A stretch of 64,000 nt of DNA, taken from an uncultured beta proteobacterium. GTDB lineage: Bacteria > Pseudomonadota > Gammaproteobacteria > Burkholderiales > SG8-41. The notes beneath the pieces are model-generated. The model worked only from the letters and a program-made list of their open reading frames with translations. It was not told the DNA's origin and made no database searches. Of the stretch, positions 8,208 through 18,351 are shown in pieces. Where the stretch lies: assembly GCA_903889565.1 (NCBI GenBank), contig CAISYC010000045.1, forward strand, positions 67,192 through 131,191. The letters are read 5' to 3'. Position numbers and translations under genes: made by a program. Numbering within the stretch: the first letter of the stretch is position 1; every line of letters starts with the position of its first letter.

Positions 8208-9929
8208 TTATGCGATCCGTATGGCCTGCGGCAAACTGCTGCTGCGGTGAATGCGCCACATTTCCTGATAGACCGCTTCGAGCCCTGCGACAACACGGTG
8301 GCCGTCGAAAAACAGCGCATGCGCCCGATTGACGGACAGGCGCTGTTTGAGCGCCGCGCATTGCGCGCGATCGTTGCCGAGATTTATCGCGATGTTGACG
8401 TAATCGCGCGTATCGCGCGCAACCAGTTCCGGCAGACCCGCCGCCGTCACCAGGCTGGCACCGACGCGCGATGCGAACGTGCGACCCGGTGCCGTCAGCA
8501 CCGGCAGGCCGGCCCACAACAGGTCGTTGGTCGTGCTGTGACCGTTGTGCCAGCCGATGGTGTCGAGCGCCAGATTCGCGAGCGCAAGTCGCGCTATGTG
8601 CCCCGCCTTGTCGGCTAGGCGCTGCGCAAAATGCAGGCGCTCGGGCGCGATGCCCGCGTCGCGTGCCGCCGTAAGCAGGTTTTGCGTCGTCAAGGCATTG
8701 GCCTGCTTCAACCACAACACGCTGTCGGGCACCGCGCGTAATATTTCGAGCCACAAACCAAATACATCGCGGGTGATGCGTGATGCGTTGGTGAAGGCGG
8801 CGAACACGGTGACATTATCGGGCAGCCCTGCTGCTGCGCGCGACGGCGCCACCGCAACCGGCGGCGGCGCGCCGCCGCTCAGCATGAAGCAACCCGGCAC
8901 ACAGGCCAGTTGTTCGGTAAACGCAGACCCCAGTTCCGGCGGCGTGGCGATGGCGTCGCTGATGAAGTAATCGATGTAAGCGGCACCGGTGGTAGCGGCA
9001 TAACCGAGATAGTGCGCCTGCAACGGTGCCGGCCGCCGTGCGAATATGCCAAGACGCCCGCCGGTGGTGTGGCCGGCGAGATCGATCAGAATGTGCACTC
9101 CATCCGCCGCGATCGCTGCCGCCGCATCGACATCGCTCAAACCGGCCACATCGACGAACCGATCCGCGCCCTGTGCAACGTCCCGGCGGTAAGTGCTGCC
9201 GTCGTCGGCGCCATAGGAATAAACGCAGACCTCAAAGTGCGCGCGATCATGCAAGGGCAAGGCCGCGCTGATCAACTGACCCACCGGATGATCGCGAAAA
9301 TCCGGCGAGCAATAACCGATGCGCAGGCGTGTGTCACCGTTTGACAGCGCTGCACGCCGGATTGGCGTGGCGCCGCGCGCGGCCTCGGTCGCGTGCCAGG
9401 CCGCCACCTGTTTGCAGGCGTCCGCGTCGAGTTCGAGATAGGTTGCCGTGAGCGGCGCAATGGCGCGTTCCCAGCCAGGGGATTGTTGGCGGCAATGCGC
9501 GCGCAGTCGTTCGGCTTGGGACTGCGCTCGCGTCCAGTCGCAGACCTCGAGCAGCGCGAACATCAGTTCCTGCCTTGCCTGCACCACCGGCAGCTGCGCC
9601 TCTGCCGCCCGCGTGTAATGGTCGATGGCGTCGTCATGGCGGCCTGACGCGCGCAGCAGATTGGCGAGGTTGTAATGGGCCGCGCCGTTGGCGGGGTCGA
9701 GTTGCAGCGCGCGTTCGAGTTCGGCGGCGCCGGCAGTTACTTGATGCTGTTCGAGCAGGACCAGTGCGAGATTCACGGCAGCAACGGCATCGCGTGGAAA
9801 AAGCGCGGCGGCCTCGCGCAACACGCGCTCGGCCTCAGGCAATTCGCCGCGCTGCCGCAGCGCGAGCCCGCGCGCGATCAGGCGCGTCGCCGCCGGCTTG
9901 AACAGGGAACGCAGCAGTTCGCGTAGCAC
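8208..9929 (-). CDS. TPR-repeat protein fused to a GT41-type (SPINDLY/OGT-like) glycosyltransferase domain
   Basis: N-terminal TPR-like helices (AHYNLANLLRASGRHDDAIDHY). The C-terminal region is typical of the bacterial SPINDLY-family OGT-like proteins (IGYCSPDFRDHPVG, HILIDLAGHT, GHSTTNDLLWAGLPVLT). The GTG start is supported by N-terminal similarity (MLRELLRSLF vs MLKRLLGNLF) to the paralog at 30524..32584. Confidence 0.75.
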   Translation of the reverse strand: MLRELLRSLFKPAATRLIARGLALRQRGELPEAERVLREAAALFPRDAVAAVNLALVLLEQHQVTAGAAELERALQLDPANGAAHYNLANLLRASGRHDDAIDHYTRAAEAQLPVVQARQELMFALLEVCDWTRAQSQAERLRAHCRQQSPGWERAIAPLTATYLELDADACKQVAAWHATEAARGATPIRRAALSNGDTRLRIGYCSPDFRDHPVGQLISAALPLHDRAHFEVCVYSYGADDGSTYRRDVAQGADRFVDVAGLSDVDAAAAIAADGVHILIDLAGHTTGGRLGIFARRPAPLQAHYLGYAATTGAAYIDYFISDAIATPPELGSAFTEQLACVPGCFMLSGGAPPPVAVAPSRAAAGLPDNVTVFAAFTNASRITRDVFGLWLEILRAVPDSVLWLKQANALTTQNLLTAARDAGIAPERLHFAQRLADKAGHIARLALANLALDTIGWHNGHSTTNDLLWAGLPVLTAPGRTFASRVGASLVTAAGLPELVARDTRDYVNIAINLGNDRAQCAALKQRLSVNRAHALFFDGHRVVAGLEAVYQEMWRIHRSSSLPQAIRIA

Positions 9930-9954
9930 GATCGCGCGCGTACGCTGCCAGCGG

Positions 9955-12180
9955 TCAGCCCTCGGTATCGAGGAAGCTGCGCAGACGCTCCGAACGCGAC
10001 GGATGGCGCAGCTTGCGCAGCGCCTTCGCCTCGATCTGGCGGATGCGTTCGCGCGTGACGTCGAACTGCTTGCCGACCTCTTCGAGCGTGTGATCCGTGT
10101 TCATCTCGATGCCGAAGCGCATGCGCAGCACCTTGGCTTCGCGCGGCGTCAGCGTGTCGAGCACGTCCTTGGTGGCATCGCGCAGGCTCGCATACACCGC
10201 CGAGTCCGACGGCGCCATGGTGGTCTGATCCTCGATGAAATCGCCGAGATGCGAATCGTCGTCGTCACCGATCGGCGTCTCCATCGAGATCGGTTCCTTC
10301 GAGATCTTGAGGATCTTCCGGATCTTCTCTTCCGGCATTTCCATCTTCTCGGCGAGCAATGCAGGATCCGGCTCCGAGCCGGTTTCCTGCAGAATCTGCC
10401 GCGAGATGCGGTTCATCTTGTTGATCGTTTCGATCATGTGCACCGGAATGCGGATCGTGCGCGCCTGGTCGGCGATCGAACGCGTGATGGCCTGGCGGAT
10501 CCACCACGTCGCATAGGTCGAAAATTTGTAACCACGGCGGTATTCGAATTTGTCCACCGCCTTCATCAGGCCGATGTTGCCTTCCTGAATGAGATCGAGG
10601 AACTGCAGGCCGCGGTTGGTGTATTTCTTCGCGATCGAAATCACCAGACGCAGGTTGGCTTCGGTCATCTCGCGTTTGGCGCGACGGGCCTTGGCCTCGC
10701 CGGTCGACATCTGGCGGTTGATTTCCTTGAGGTCCTTGATCGGAATGCCAACCGACTTCTGCAGGTCGATCAGTTTCTGTTGCTGCTCGACGATGCCGGG
10801 CACGAAACGCTCGAGCGTGGCACTCCACGGCTTGCCCGCCGCCACTTCATTGGCTGCCCAGCGCAGGTTGCTCTCCTTGCCCGGGAACTCCTTGATGAAG
10901 TGCTGGCGCGGCATTTTCGCCTTGTTGATCGAAAGATCCATGATCGCGCGCTCGTGCGCACGCACGCGCTCGACCAGCTTGCGCAGACTGTCGCACAGCG
11001 CCTCGACCTGCTTGGCGCCGAAACGGATGTTGGTCAGCTCGTTCGAAATCTGGTCGCGCGACTGCAGATAGGCCTTGCTGCGCGGGCCGTCCTTGGCCAG
11101 CGCGCGCAACATCTTGGTGTAGAGGTTGCGGATCACGGCGAAGCGCTTGAGCGATTCTTCCTTCAGGCGCAAGAGGTCGGCGGTCTGCACCGCGGCCTGC
11201 TCTTCCTCGCTCATTTCCTCTTCTTCGATCGCCTCGTCGTCGGCTTCTTCTTCTTCCTCGTCGTCGTCTTCGGCGGCGAGTTCATCGGCAGTCGGGTCGA
11301 CCAGGCCGTCCACCACGTCATCGACGCGGATTTCATCCTTCTCGATGCGGTCGGCGAGCGAAAGAATTTCGGCGATCGTCGTCGGGCAGGCGGATATCGC
11401 CTGGATCATGTGCTTCAGGCCGTCTTCGATGCGCTTGGCGATTTCGATTTCGCCCTCGCGCGTCAGCAATTCGACCGAGCCCATCTCGCGCATGTACATG
11501 CGCACCGGGTCGGTGGTGCGGCCGAATTCGGAATCAACGGTGGTCAGCGCGCGTTCGGCTTCTTCGACGACGTCCTCGTCGGTCGCCGCCGGCGTCGCAT
11601 CCGACATCAGCAGGGTTTCGGCATCGGGCGCCTCGTCATAGACGTTCAGGCCCATGTCGTTGATCATGCCGATGATGTTTTCGATCTGCTCGGCGTCCAT
11701 CATGTCGTCGGGCAGGTGGTCGTTGACCTCGGCATAGGTCAGGTAACCGCGTTCCTTGCCGAGCATGATCAGGTTCTTCAGGCGCGAACGGCGCGCCTCG
11801 GCTTCGAGCGGCGAGAGTTCCTTGCGTTCGAATTCGCGCACCAGCGCCTTTTCCTTGGCGGTCAGCCGCTGACGGGTTTTGCCCTTGGCATCGACGGCGG
11901 GTGCGGCTGCTGCAGCGGCGGCCTGCTGCTGTTGCTTGTCGGCTTTTTCGCGGGCTTTGGCGTCTTTCTTGTCGGCGCGCAGCTTGGCCGCAAATTGCTT
12001 GGGTGTCAGGGTTTTCGGCTGCTTTAGCTTTTCAGCCGCACGCGCGGCTTTGGCCGCTGCTTTTTTGGGCGCGGGCTTTTTGACCTTGGCCGGTTTGCGC
12101 TTGGCTGCGAGCGGTTTTTTCGCGGCCGGCTTTTTACGCGCGGGTGCTTTCGGTTTTGCCGCCTTTTTCTGTTTCGCCAT
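9955..12180 (-). CDS. rpoD: RNA polymerase primary sigma factor RpoD with a long basic N-terminal extension
   Basis: Near-identical conserved regions to E. coli sigma-70 ([86 protein letters not shown]). Confidence 0.98.
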   Translation of the reverse strand: MAKQKKAAKPKAPARKKPAAKKPLAAKRKPAKVKKPAPKKAAAKAARAAEKLKQPKTLTPKQFAAKLRADKKDAKAREKADKQQQQAAAAAAAPAVDAKGKTRQRLTAKEKALVREFERKELSPLEAEARRSRLKNLIMLGKERGYLTYAEVNDHLPDDMMDAEQIENIIGMINDMGLNVYDEAPDAETLLMSDATPAATDEDVVEEAERALTTVDSEFGRTTDPVRMYMREMGSVELLTREGEIEIAKRIEDGLKHMIQAISACPTTIAEILSLADRIEKDEIRVDDVVDGLVDPTADELAAEDDDEEEEEADDEAIEEEEMSEEEQAAVQTADLLRLKEESLKRFAVIRNLYTKMLRALAKDGPRSKAYLQSRDQISNELTNIRFGAKQVEALCDSLRKLVERVRAHERAIMDLSINKAKMPRQHFIKEFPGKESNLRWAANEVAAGKPWSATLERFVPGIVEQQQKLIDLQKSVGIPIKDLKEINRQMSTGEAKARRAKREMTEANLRLVISIAKKYTNRGLQFLDLIQEGNIGLMKAVDKFEYRRGYKFSTYATWWIRQAITRSIADQARTIRIPVHMIETINKMNRISRQILQETGSEPDPALLAEKMEMPEEKIRKILKISKEPISMETPIGDDDDSHLGDFIEDQTTMAPSDSAVYASLRDATKDVLDTLTPREAKVLRMRFGIEMNTDHTLEEVGKQFDVTRERIRQIEAKALRKLRHPSRSERLRSFLDTEG

Positions 12181-12246
12181 AACCGGTCTCGCCTATCAGG
12201 TGAAGTGAGCTGAAAAACCCGCAATTTTATCAAATATCACGGGGTC

Positions 12247-14046
12247 TTACCCGTTTACTTTGGGCCCGCCAACGCCTTTCGCGACCCGCAGGCGATCCAA
12301 ATCCTCGCCGGTAAGTCCATGTTTCTGAATGCTTTCAGACTGCCGCGCCAATTCGATGCGCTGATTCAACTGACGCCAGCCATCGCTGAATTCGGCGCGC
12401 AATTCGGCTTCGCTCCAGTCCGCGTCCTGACGCTTGAGCAGGGCGGGCTCGATTTGCAGCAAGAGGTCGGCATGTTCGGTATCGCGAAAATACTCGGGCC
12501 AATTGACCACCGTGTTGCCGGAGGCCGCGGCATCAAGCAACGCTGCCAGTGTTTTCAGTGCGACGGCATCTTCAGCCGCGTCGTCCACCGCATGCAAGGC
12601 GGCGGGATTAACGTCGCGCGCGAATTCCGGATGCAGCATCACGAGTTCGATCAATTTGCGCGCCAGCGATTGCCGCACCGGCGGACTCTTGCGCGGCGGC
12701 GGCGGTTTCGGCGCCGTCGATTTGATCTGGAACTGTCCGTCAAGTTCCTGCTGCGAAATTCCCGCGAGCAGGGCCAGCTGCTTGCGCAGCATCAGCGACA
12801 GCAAAGGCGCGGCGACCTGCTTGATACGCGGCGCCGCCTCCTGCAGCAGTTTCGCGCGGCCTTCGGGCGTTTGCATATCGACCTGCGACTTCAAATGTTC
12901 AAGCAGAAAATGTGACAACGGCTTCGCCTCGCCGAGCATTTTTTCGAATTTTTCCTTGCCTTCCTTGCGCACGAAGGTATCCGGGTCTTCGCCCTGCGGC
13001 AGGAACAAAAAGGACAGCTGTTTGCCGTCAACCAGATGCTCGAGACTGTTTTCAAGCGCGCGCCAGGCGGCGCGCCGGCCGGCGCTGTCGCCGTCGAAAC
13101 AGAACACGATTTCCTCGGTCTGGCGCAGCAGCTTCTGCACATGCGTCGGCGTGGTCGCGGTGCCGAGCGTGGCCACCGCATAGCCGACGCCGTGCTGCGC
13201 GAGTGCCACCACATCCATATAACCCTCGACCACAATGACGCGCCCCGCTTCGCGAATGGCGCGTCGGCCCTGATACAAGCCGTAGAGTTCGCGGCCCTTC
13301 TCGAACAGCGCGGTCTCCGGCGAATTCAGATATTTCGGCTCGCCCTGATCGAGCACGCGGCCGCCGAAGCCGATGATGTGGCCGCGCGGATCGACGATCG
13401 GAAACATGATGCGGTCGCGAAAACGGTCGTAACGTTTGCCTTCGTCGCTCTGGATGACGAGGCCTGCGGCCACCAGCGCTTTGGCGTTGTAGTCGGTAAA
13501 CGCGGCCTGCAGATTCTGCCAGCCGCCGGGCGCATAACCGACGCCAAATTCCTTCGCCACCTCGCCCGACATGCCGCGCTTCTTGAGATATTCAATTGCG
13601 CGCGGTGTCTCCTTGAGTTGCTGGCGGTAATACTGCGCAGCTTTCAGCAACACAGTGTAGAGATCGTCGCCTTCTTCCGTTTTATTGCGCGGCTTTTCGA
13701 ATTTGGTTTCCGGCACCTGCATGCCGGCCGTCTGTGCCAGATCCTTGACTGCCTCGACAAAGCCGACGCCGGTGTATTCGATCAGAAAGCCGACCGCGGT
13801 ACCGTGTGCGCCGCAACCGAAGCAATAGTAGAACTGTTTGGTCTGGCTGACCGTAAACGACGGCGATTTTTCGCTGTGAAACGGACAGCAGGCGACGTAA
13901 TTCGCACCCGCGCGCTTGAGCGGCACATAGCGCTCGACCACATCGACAATATCGACGCGGTTGAGCAGGTCCTGGATGAAGGATTGGGGTATCAAGGCGC
14001 GAGGATAGGGACGATTGGGGACCGAGGATGGCGGATCGGGCAACAC
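12247..14046 (-). CDS. dnaG: DNA primase
   Basis: Zinc-finger CPFHSEKSPSFTV...YYCFGCGAHG, TOPRIM EGYMDV..., and position between yqeY/rpsU and rpoD. Start is GTG 14046; TTG 13995 is an alternative. Confidence 0.95.
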   Translation of the reverse strand: MLPDPPSSVPNRPYPRALIPQSFIQDLLNRVDIVDVVERYVPLKRAGANYVACCPFHSEKSPSFTVSQTKQFYYCFGCGAHGTAVGFLIEYTGVGFVEAVKDLAQTAGMQVPETKFEKPRNKTEEGDDLYTVLLKAAQYYRQQLKETPRAIEYLKKRGMSGEVAKEFGVGYAPGGWQNLQAAFTDYNAKALVAAGLVIQSDEGKRYDRFRDRIMFPIVDPRGHIIGFGGRVLDQGEPKYLNSPETALFEKGRELYGLYQGRRAIREAGRVIVVEGYMDVVALAQHGVGYAVATLGTATTPTHVQKLLRQTEEIVFCFDGDSAGRRAAWRALENSLEHLVDGKQLSFLFLPQGEDPDTFVRKEGKEKFEKMLGEAKPLSHFLLEHLKSQVDMQTPEGRAKLLQEAAPRIKQVAAPLLSLMLRKQLALLAGISQQELDGQFQIKSTAPKPPPPRKSPPVRQSLARKLIELVMLHPEFARDVNPAALHAVDDAAEDAVALKTLAALLDAAASGNTVVNWPEYFRDTEHADLLLQIEPALLKRQDADWSEAELRAEFSDGWRQLNQRIELARQSESIQKHGLTGEDLDRLRVAKGVGGPKVNG

Positions 14047-14120
14047 TCCATCCGCAGCGCCTCCACAATCTCAATAATAGTCGATTACCGCGCCGCCACC
14101 GGCGCGGGCGAAAACTGCGT

Positions 14121-14567
14121 CTAGCCGGCGAGCTTGGCCTTGATCTGCGCCGAGACCTTGCCCATATCAGCTTTGCCGGCCAGCTTGGGTTTCAACGCTG
14201 CCATCACCTTGCCCATGTCGGCCATTGCCTTCGCGCCGGTAGACTGGATAGCGGCTGCGATTTCGGCATCGATCTCGGCCGCCGACAGCGCCTGCGGCAT
14301 GTACGCCTGCAAAATGCCAACCTCGAATTTTTCCTGATCGGCGAGATCCTGGCGGCCGCCCTTTTCGAACTGTGCGATCGAATCGCGGCGCTGCTTGATC
14401 ATCTTGTCGATGATTGAAATGACATCGGCGTCGGCGAGTTCGACGCGCTCATCGACTTCCTTCTGCTTGATCGCGGCCTGCAAGAGGCGGATCGCGCCGA
14501 GACGCGCCGCATCCTTGGCGCGCATGGCGGTTTTCATATCGTCGGTGATGCGGACTTTAAGCGACAT
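14121..14567 (-). CDS. GatB/YqeY domain protein
   Basis: Typical YqeY sequence (MSLKVRITDDMKTAMRAKD...RRDSIAQFEKGGRQDLA). Confidence 0.85.
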   Translation of the reverse strand: MSLKVRITDDMKTAMRAKDAARLGAIRLLQAAIKQKEVDERVELADADVISIIDKMIKQRRDSIAQFEKGGRQDLADQEKFEVGILQAYMPQALSAAEIDAEIAAAIQSTGAKAMADMGKVMAALKPKLAGKADMGKVSAQIKAKLAG

Positions 14568-14610
14568 GGCGGCGATACTCCGGATTCAGCGTTGAAAACG
14601 CCGGGGCCCA

Positions 14611-14638
14611 GAAAGCAAAATGCGGGCAATGCCCGCAT
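14611..14638 (-). terminator. candidate intrinsic terminator/attenuator between rpsU and yqeY-dnaG-rpoD
   Basis: Minus strand reads ATGCGGGCATTGCCCGCAT (8-bp stem) followed by TTTGCTTTC. Its position matches the known internal terminator after rpsU in the E. coli operon. Confidence 0.5.
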
Positions 14639-14666
14639 CCGCTGAAAACTGTGTCCCGAAAAACTC

Positions 14667-14879
14667 TTAATACATCTTCGGCGGCAGCATGTGCGCGCGC
14701 AGGCGCTTGTAGTGACGCTTCACCGCCGCAGCGTGCTTGCGCTTACGCTCCGAGGTCGGCTTCTCGTAGAATTCGCGCGCGCGCAATTCCGTCAGCAGCC
14801 CGGTTTTTTCAATGGTGCGCTTGAAGCGGCGCATCGCCACTTCGAACGGCTCGTTTTCCTTGACGCGTACGGTCGGCAT
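14667..14879 (-). CDS. rpsU: 30S ribosomal protein S21
   Basis: [21 protein letters not shown]... is the canonical S21 sequence. Confidence 0.97.
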   Translation of the reverse strand: MPTVRVKENEPFEVAMRRFKRTIEKTGLLTELRAREFYEKPTSERKRKHAAAVKRHYKRLRAHMLPPKMY

Positions 14880-14916
14880 AAAGCGGTTACCCAGTCGGAA
14901 ATTCGGAAAGGCGCGT

Positions 14917-14944
14917 ATTATAGCAGCGGCTTTTGCCTTGTCAA
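14917..14944 (-). promoter_or_regulatory. sigma-70-type promoter of the rpsU operon
   Basis: Minus strand has TTGACA (14939-14944), a 16-nt spacer and TATAAT (14917-14922), about 38 nt upstream of the rpsU ATG. Confidence 0.6.
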
Positions 14945-14977
14945 AGCACTGATTCAGGCGACATTTTCACCGCTCCC

Positions 14978-16012
14978 ATGCTCATCCTCGGCATCGAAAC
15001 CTCCTGCGACGAGACCGGTATCGCGCTCTACGACGATGTCCGGGGTCTGCGCGCCCACGCCCTGCATACCCAGGCGGCGCTGCACGCCGAATACGGCGGC
15101 GTGGTGCCGGAACTCGCTTCCCGCGACCATATACGGCGGGTGCTGCCGCTGACCCGCACCGTGCTGGCCGAGGCCTGCGCCACCTTGGACGACCTCGACG
15201 CTGTAGCTTATACGGCCGGGCCCGGTCTGGCCGGCGCCTTGTTAGTGGGCGCCAGCATCGCGCAGGGGCTGGCCTGGTCGCTCGGCATCCCGGCCGTCGG
15301 CATTCATCATCTCGAAGGCCATCTGCTCGCGCCGCTGATGGAACGGCCGGCGCCGGCCTTTCCGTTTATCGCCCTGCTGGTGTCCGGCGGACACACCCAG
15401 CTCATGCGCGTCGGCGGTGTCGGCCTCTACGAACTGATGGGCGAAACGCTCGATGATGCAGCCGGCGAGGCCTTCGACAAGACCGCCCAGTTGCTCGGGA
15501 TCGGTTATCCGGGCGGACCGCAGATCGCGCGGCTGGCCGAACAGGGGCGCGCCGGACACATCAAGCTGCCGCGGCCTATGCTGCACAGCAATGACCTCGA
15601 TTTCAGTTTCAGCGGATTAAAAACCGCGGTGATGCTGCAAGTGAAAAACCGTGCGTTGGATGCCCAGGCACGCGCTGACGTGGCGGCGGAATTTCAGGCT
15701 GCGATCGTCGATGTGCTGGTGGCCAAATCGATCGCTGCGCTCGCGCGCGGCGGACTCACGCGCCTGGTTGTCGCCGGCGGCGTCGGTGCCAACCGCGAGT
15801 TGCGCGCAAAACTGACCGCCGCCGCAGCTCCCGCGGGCTGCGAGGTGTTTTATCCGGCGCCGGAATTCTGCACCGACAACGGCGCCATGATTGCATTCGC
15901 CGCGGCAATGCGGCTGCGCAATGCGCCGTTGCAACGCCAGGCAACTGACGCGCAGGGTTTCTCGGTCAGGCCGCGCTGGGACCTGTCGGCGCTCGAACCG
16001 GTCAGCGCGTAA
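14978..16012 (+). CDS. tsaD: tRNA N6-adenosine threonylcarbamoyltransferase
   Basis: [14 protein letters not shown]...GHLLAP...[13 protein letters not shown] at 14978. Divergent from rpsU, as in many bacteria. Confidence 0.95.
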   Translation: MLILGIETSCDETGIALYDDVRGLRAHALHTQAALHAEYGGVVPELASRDHIRRVLPLTRTVLAEACATLDDLDAVAYTAGPGLAGALLVGASIAQGLAWSLGIPAVGIHHLEGHLLAPLMERPAPAFPFIALLVSGGHTQLMRVGGVGLYELMGETLDDAAGEAFDKTAQLLGIGYPGGPQIARLAEQGRAGHIKLPRPMLHSNDLDFSFSGLKTAVMLQVKNRALDAQARADVAAEFQAAIVDVLVAKSIAALARGGLTRLVVAGGVGANRELRAKLTAAAAPAGCEVFYPAPEFCTDNGAMIAFAAAMRLRNAPLQRQATDAQGFSVRPRWDLSALEPVSA

Positions 16013-16018
16013 AGCCGG

Positions 16019-17281
16019 TCAACGCGAAAAGCGATAGGGCGCGGGATCGACCTCGGTCGCGCGAGCGGACACAAGATCGGCGAGCAACCGTCCCGATCCG
16101 CAGGCCAGGGTCCAGCCAAGCGTGCCGTGCCCGGTATTCAAAAACAAATTGCGGTAGTGGGTGCCGCCCACATACGGCAGGTTCGACGGGGTCGCCGGCC
16201 GCAAGCCGCACCAGCGTGTCGCGTGCCGGAAATCACCGGCCAGCGGAAACAGATCCCGTGCGCGCTCGAGTATCGCGTCACAGCGCGCCGCGTTGAGCGT
16301 GTTGTCATAGCCATTGAGTTCGGCAGTGCCGGCGACGCGCAAGCGCTGCCCCAGCCGCGAAAACACGATCTTGTACTCGTCGTCGGTCAGGCTGGTGTAT
16401 GGCGCCGCATCCGAATCGGCAACCGGGATGGTCAATGAATAACCCTTGACCGGATAAATCGGCAACGACAGGCCGAGCGGCCGCAGCAGCTTCGCGCTGC
16501 AACTGGCGAGCGCCACCACATACGCGTCGCCGCGAACAGTGGTCTCGACACCGTCGCCATTCCGCGCACGCACGCCGGTGATCGCCCCGCCAGCCGCATC
16601 AATGGCGCTGATCGTGAGCGCGTGACGGAATTCAACGCCGCGTTCGAAGCAACGCGCGGCCAGACGCTGCGTAAACGCGCTGGCGTCCCCGGATTCGTCG
16701 TCGGCCGCATGATCGCCGCCAACGATGCGCGGCGCCGCATGCGCCAGCGCCGGTTCGAGCGCGACCATTTCCTGCGGGGTCTTCAGCGTACGTTCGCAAC
16801 CGAACTCATTCATCAGGCCGACCACCTGTCGCGCCGCCTCGAATTGCGCGGCGTCGGTATAAAAATGCAGGATGCCGCGCTCGGCATGGTCATATTCAAG
16901 AGCGGCACCAGCGCGCAACGCTTTGAGCGCCGCGCGGCTGTACAACGCCAGTTTGATGATGGCGGCGATGTTATGGCGCGTGCGCCACGGCAAACACTCA
17001 AACAGAAAACGCGCGCCCCAGCGCCATTGCAAGGGATCGGCGCGAAGGCGAAACAACAGCGGCGCATCTTCGCGCCCGAGCCATTTGATAATCTGACCGA
17101 GCGCGCGCGGATTGGCCCACGGTTCGGCATGACTGACCGAGATCTGGCCGCCGTTGGCAAAACTGGTTTCCAGACCCGGCGCGAATTGCCGGTCGATCAC
17201 CGTGACCTCGTGGCCGCACTGGCAGAGATACCATGCGCTGGCGATGCCGACGACGCCGGCGCCGAGGACGATCACTTTCAT
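16019..17281 (-). CDS. dadA: D-amino acid dehydrogenase small subunit-like FAD oxidoreductase
   Basis: MKVIVLGAGVVGIASAWYL dinucleotide fold. Length and C-terminal GHGTLGW motif are typical of DadA. Confidence 0.85.
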   Translation of the reverse strand: MKVIVLGAGVVGIASAWYLCQCGHEVTVIDRQFAPGLETSFANGGQISVSHAEPWANPRALGQIIKWLGREDAPLLFRLRADPLQWRWGARFLFECLPWRTRHNIAAIIKLALYSRAALKALRAGAALEYDHAERGILHFYTDAAQFEAARQVVGLMNEFGCERTLKTPQEMVALEPALAHAAPRIVGGDHAADDESGDASAFTQRLAARCFERGVEFRHALTISAIDAAGGAITGVRARNGDGVETTVRGDAYVVALASCSAKLLRPLGLSLPIYPVKGYSLTIPVADSDAAPYTSLTDDEYKIVFSRLGQRLRVAGTAELNGYDNTLNAARCDAILERARDLFPLAGDFRHATRWCGLRPATPSNLPYVGGTHYRNLFLNTGHGTLGWTLACGSGRLLADLVSARATEVDPAPYRFSR

Positions 17282-17300
17282 GCGCGATGAACCGGCAGCG

Positions 17301-17903
17301 TCAGGCGCGTTTGGCGCCGATGCGCGGCTCGCTGCCGGCGAGCAGATTCTTGATGTTCGTCTTGTGCCGCCACAGCAGCAGCAACGCCATCACCGAGCAC
17401 GCCGCGGTAAACGGGTGCGGGCCGTAGAGCAGAAAACAATACGCCGGCGCCGACACTGCGGCGATCAACGCGGCGAGCGAAGAGATGCGGAAGAAGAACG
17501 CGATGATCACCCACGTCGCCAGCACGCCGCCGCCCAGCCACAGGTTGAGCCCGAGCAGCACGCCAAGCGCGGTCGCGACCCCCTTGCCGCCCTGAAAACG
17601 GTAGAACAGCGGATACATATGCCCGATGATCACCGCTACCGCGGCCGCAGCCATCGCTTCAATCGGCGGCGCGGCACCGGCCAGCCACTGCGCGGCTACA
17701 AACACCGCGAACCAGCCTTTGGCGCAATCGCCGAGCAGCGTCAGCGCGGCAGCGAACTTGCGACCGGTGCGCAGCACATTGGTGGCGCCCGGATTGTTCG
17801 AACCGTAGGTACGCGGGTCCGGCAGTTTCATCACGCGACTGACCACCACCGCGAACGAAACCGAGCCGATCAGATACGCGATCACGACCGCTGCTATTGC
17901 CAT
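17301..17903 (-). CDS. plsY: glycerol-3-phosphate acyltransferase PlsY
   Basis: [14 protein letters not shown]...[12 protein letters not shown]...KGGKGVAT are the canonical PlsY motifs. Confidence 0.95.
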   Translation of the reverse strand: MAIAAVVIAYLIGSVSFAVVVSRVMKLPDPRTYGSNNPGATNVLRTGRKFAAALTLLGDCAKGWFAVFVAAQWLAGAAPPIEAMAAAAVAVIIGHMYPLFYRFQGGKGVATALGVLLGLNLWLGGGVLATWVIIAFFFRISSLAALIAAVSAPAYCFLLYGPHPFTAACSVMALLLLWRHKTNIKNLLAGSEPRIGAKRA

Positions 17904-17984
17904 CGGAGGAATTCACTTAAAATAAGCGTCAATTGTAGCAGGCCGTCGCGCCGCGGCCGCCCCCAACCCCGCCCCTCTTCCCGC

Positions 17985-18341
17985 ATGGACACCATTTTCA
18001 TTTCCGAATTCAGGATCGAAACGCGCATCGGCATTTACGCGTGGGAGCAGACGGTGGCACAAACCATCCAGCTCGATATCGAGGTCGGCCTGCCCGGCGA
18101 ACACGCGGCGAAAAGCGGCAAGATCAAGGACACGATCGATTACAGCAAGATCGTCGGCCGCATCGAACAGCTGTTTCGCGATGAGCATTTCCAGCTGCTC
18201 GAAAAAGCCGGCGAGACCATCGCCGACATCATCCTCGGCGAATTCAGGGCGCCGTGGGTCAGGCTCAGCATCGCCAAGCTCGGCGCGCTGCGCAACGTCA
18301 AGAAACTCGGCATCACGATCGAACGCGGCAAACGCGACTGA
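17985..18341 (+). CDS. folB: dihydroneopterin aldolase
   Basis: MDTIFISEFRIETRIGIYAWEQ...IDYSKIV is a typical FolB. Only the last 357 nt of track ORF 17154..18341 are taken. Confidence 0.9.
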   Translation: MDTIFISEFRIETRIGIYAWEQTVAQTIQLDIEVGLPGEHAAKSGKIKDTIDYSKIVGRIEQLFRDEHFQLLEKAGETIADIILGEFRAPWVRLSIAKLGALRNVKKLGITIERGKRD

Positions 18342-18351
18342 AGCCGAACGA

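Noticed and set aside
9898-12027. 709-aa ORF on the plus strand
   Set aside because: It is entirely antisense to rpoD, whose product is unmistakable. Its translation is Arg/Gly/Ala-rich and low in complexity, which is typical of shadow ORFs in high-GC DNA.
17154-17984. Upstream 277 codons of the 395-aa ORF that ends as folB
   Set aside because: This part is antisense to dadA and plsY. Only the final 118 codons (from ATG 17985) look like FolB.
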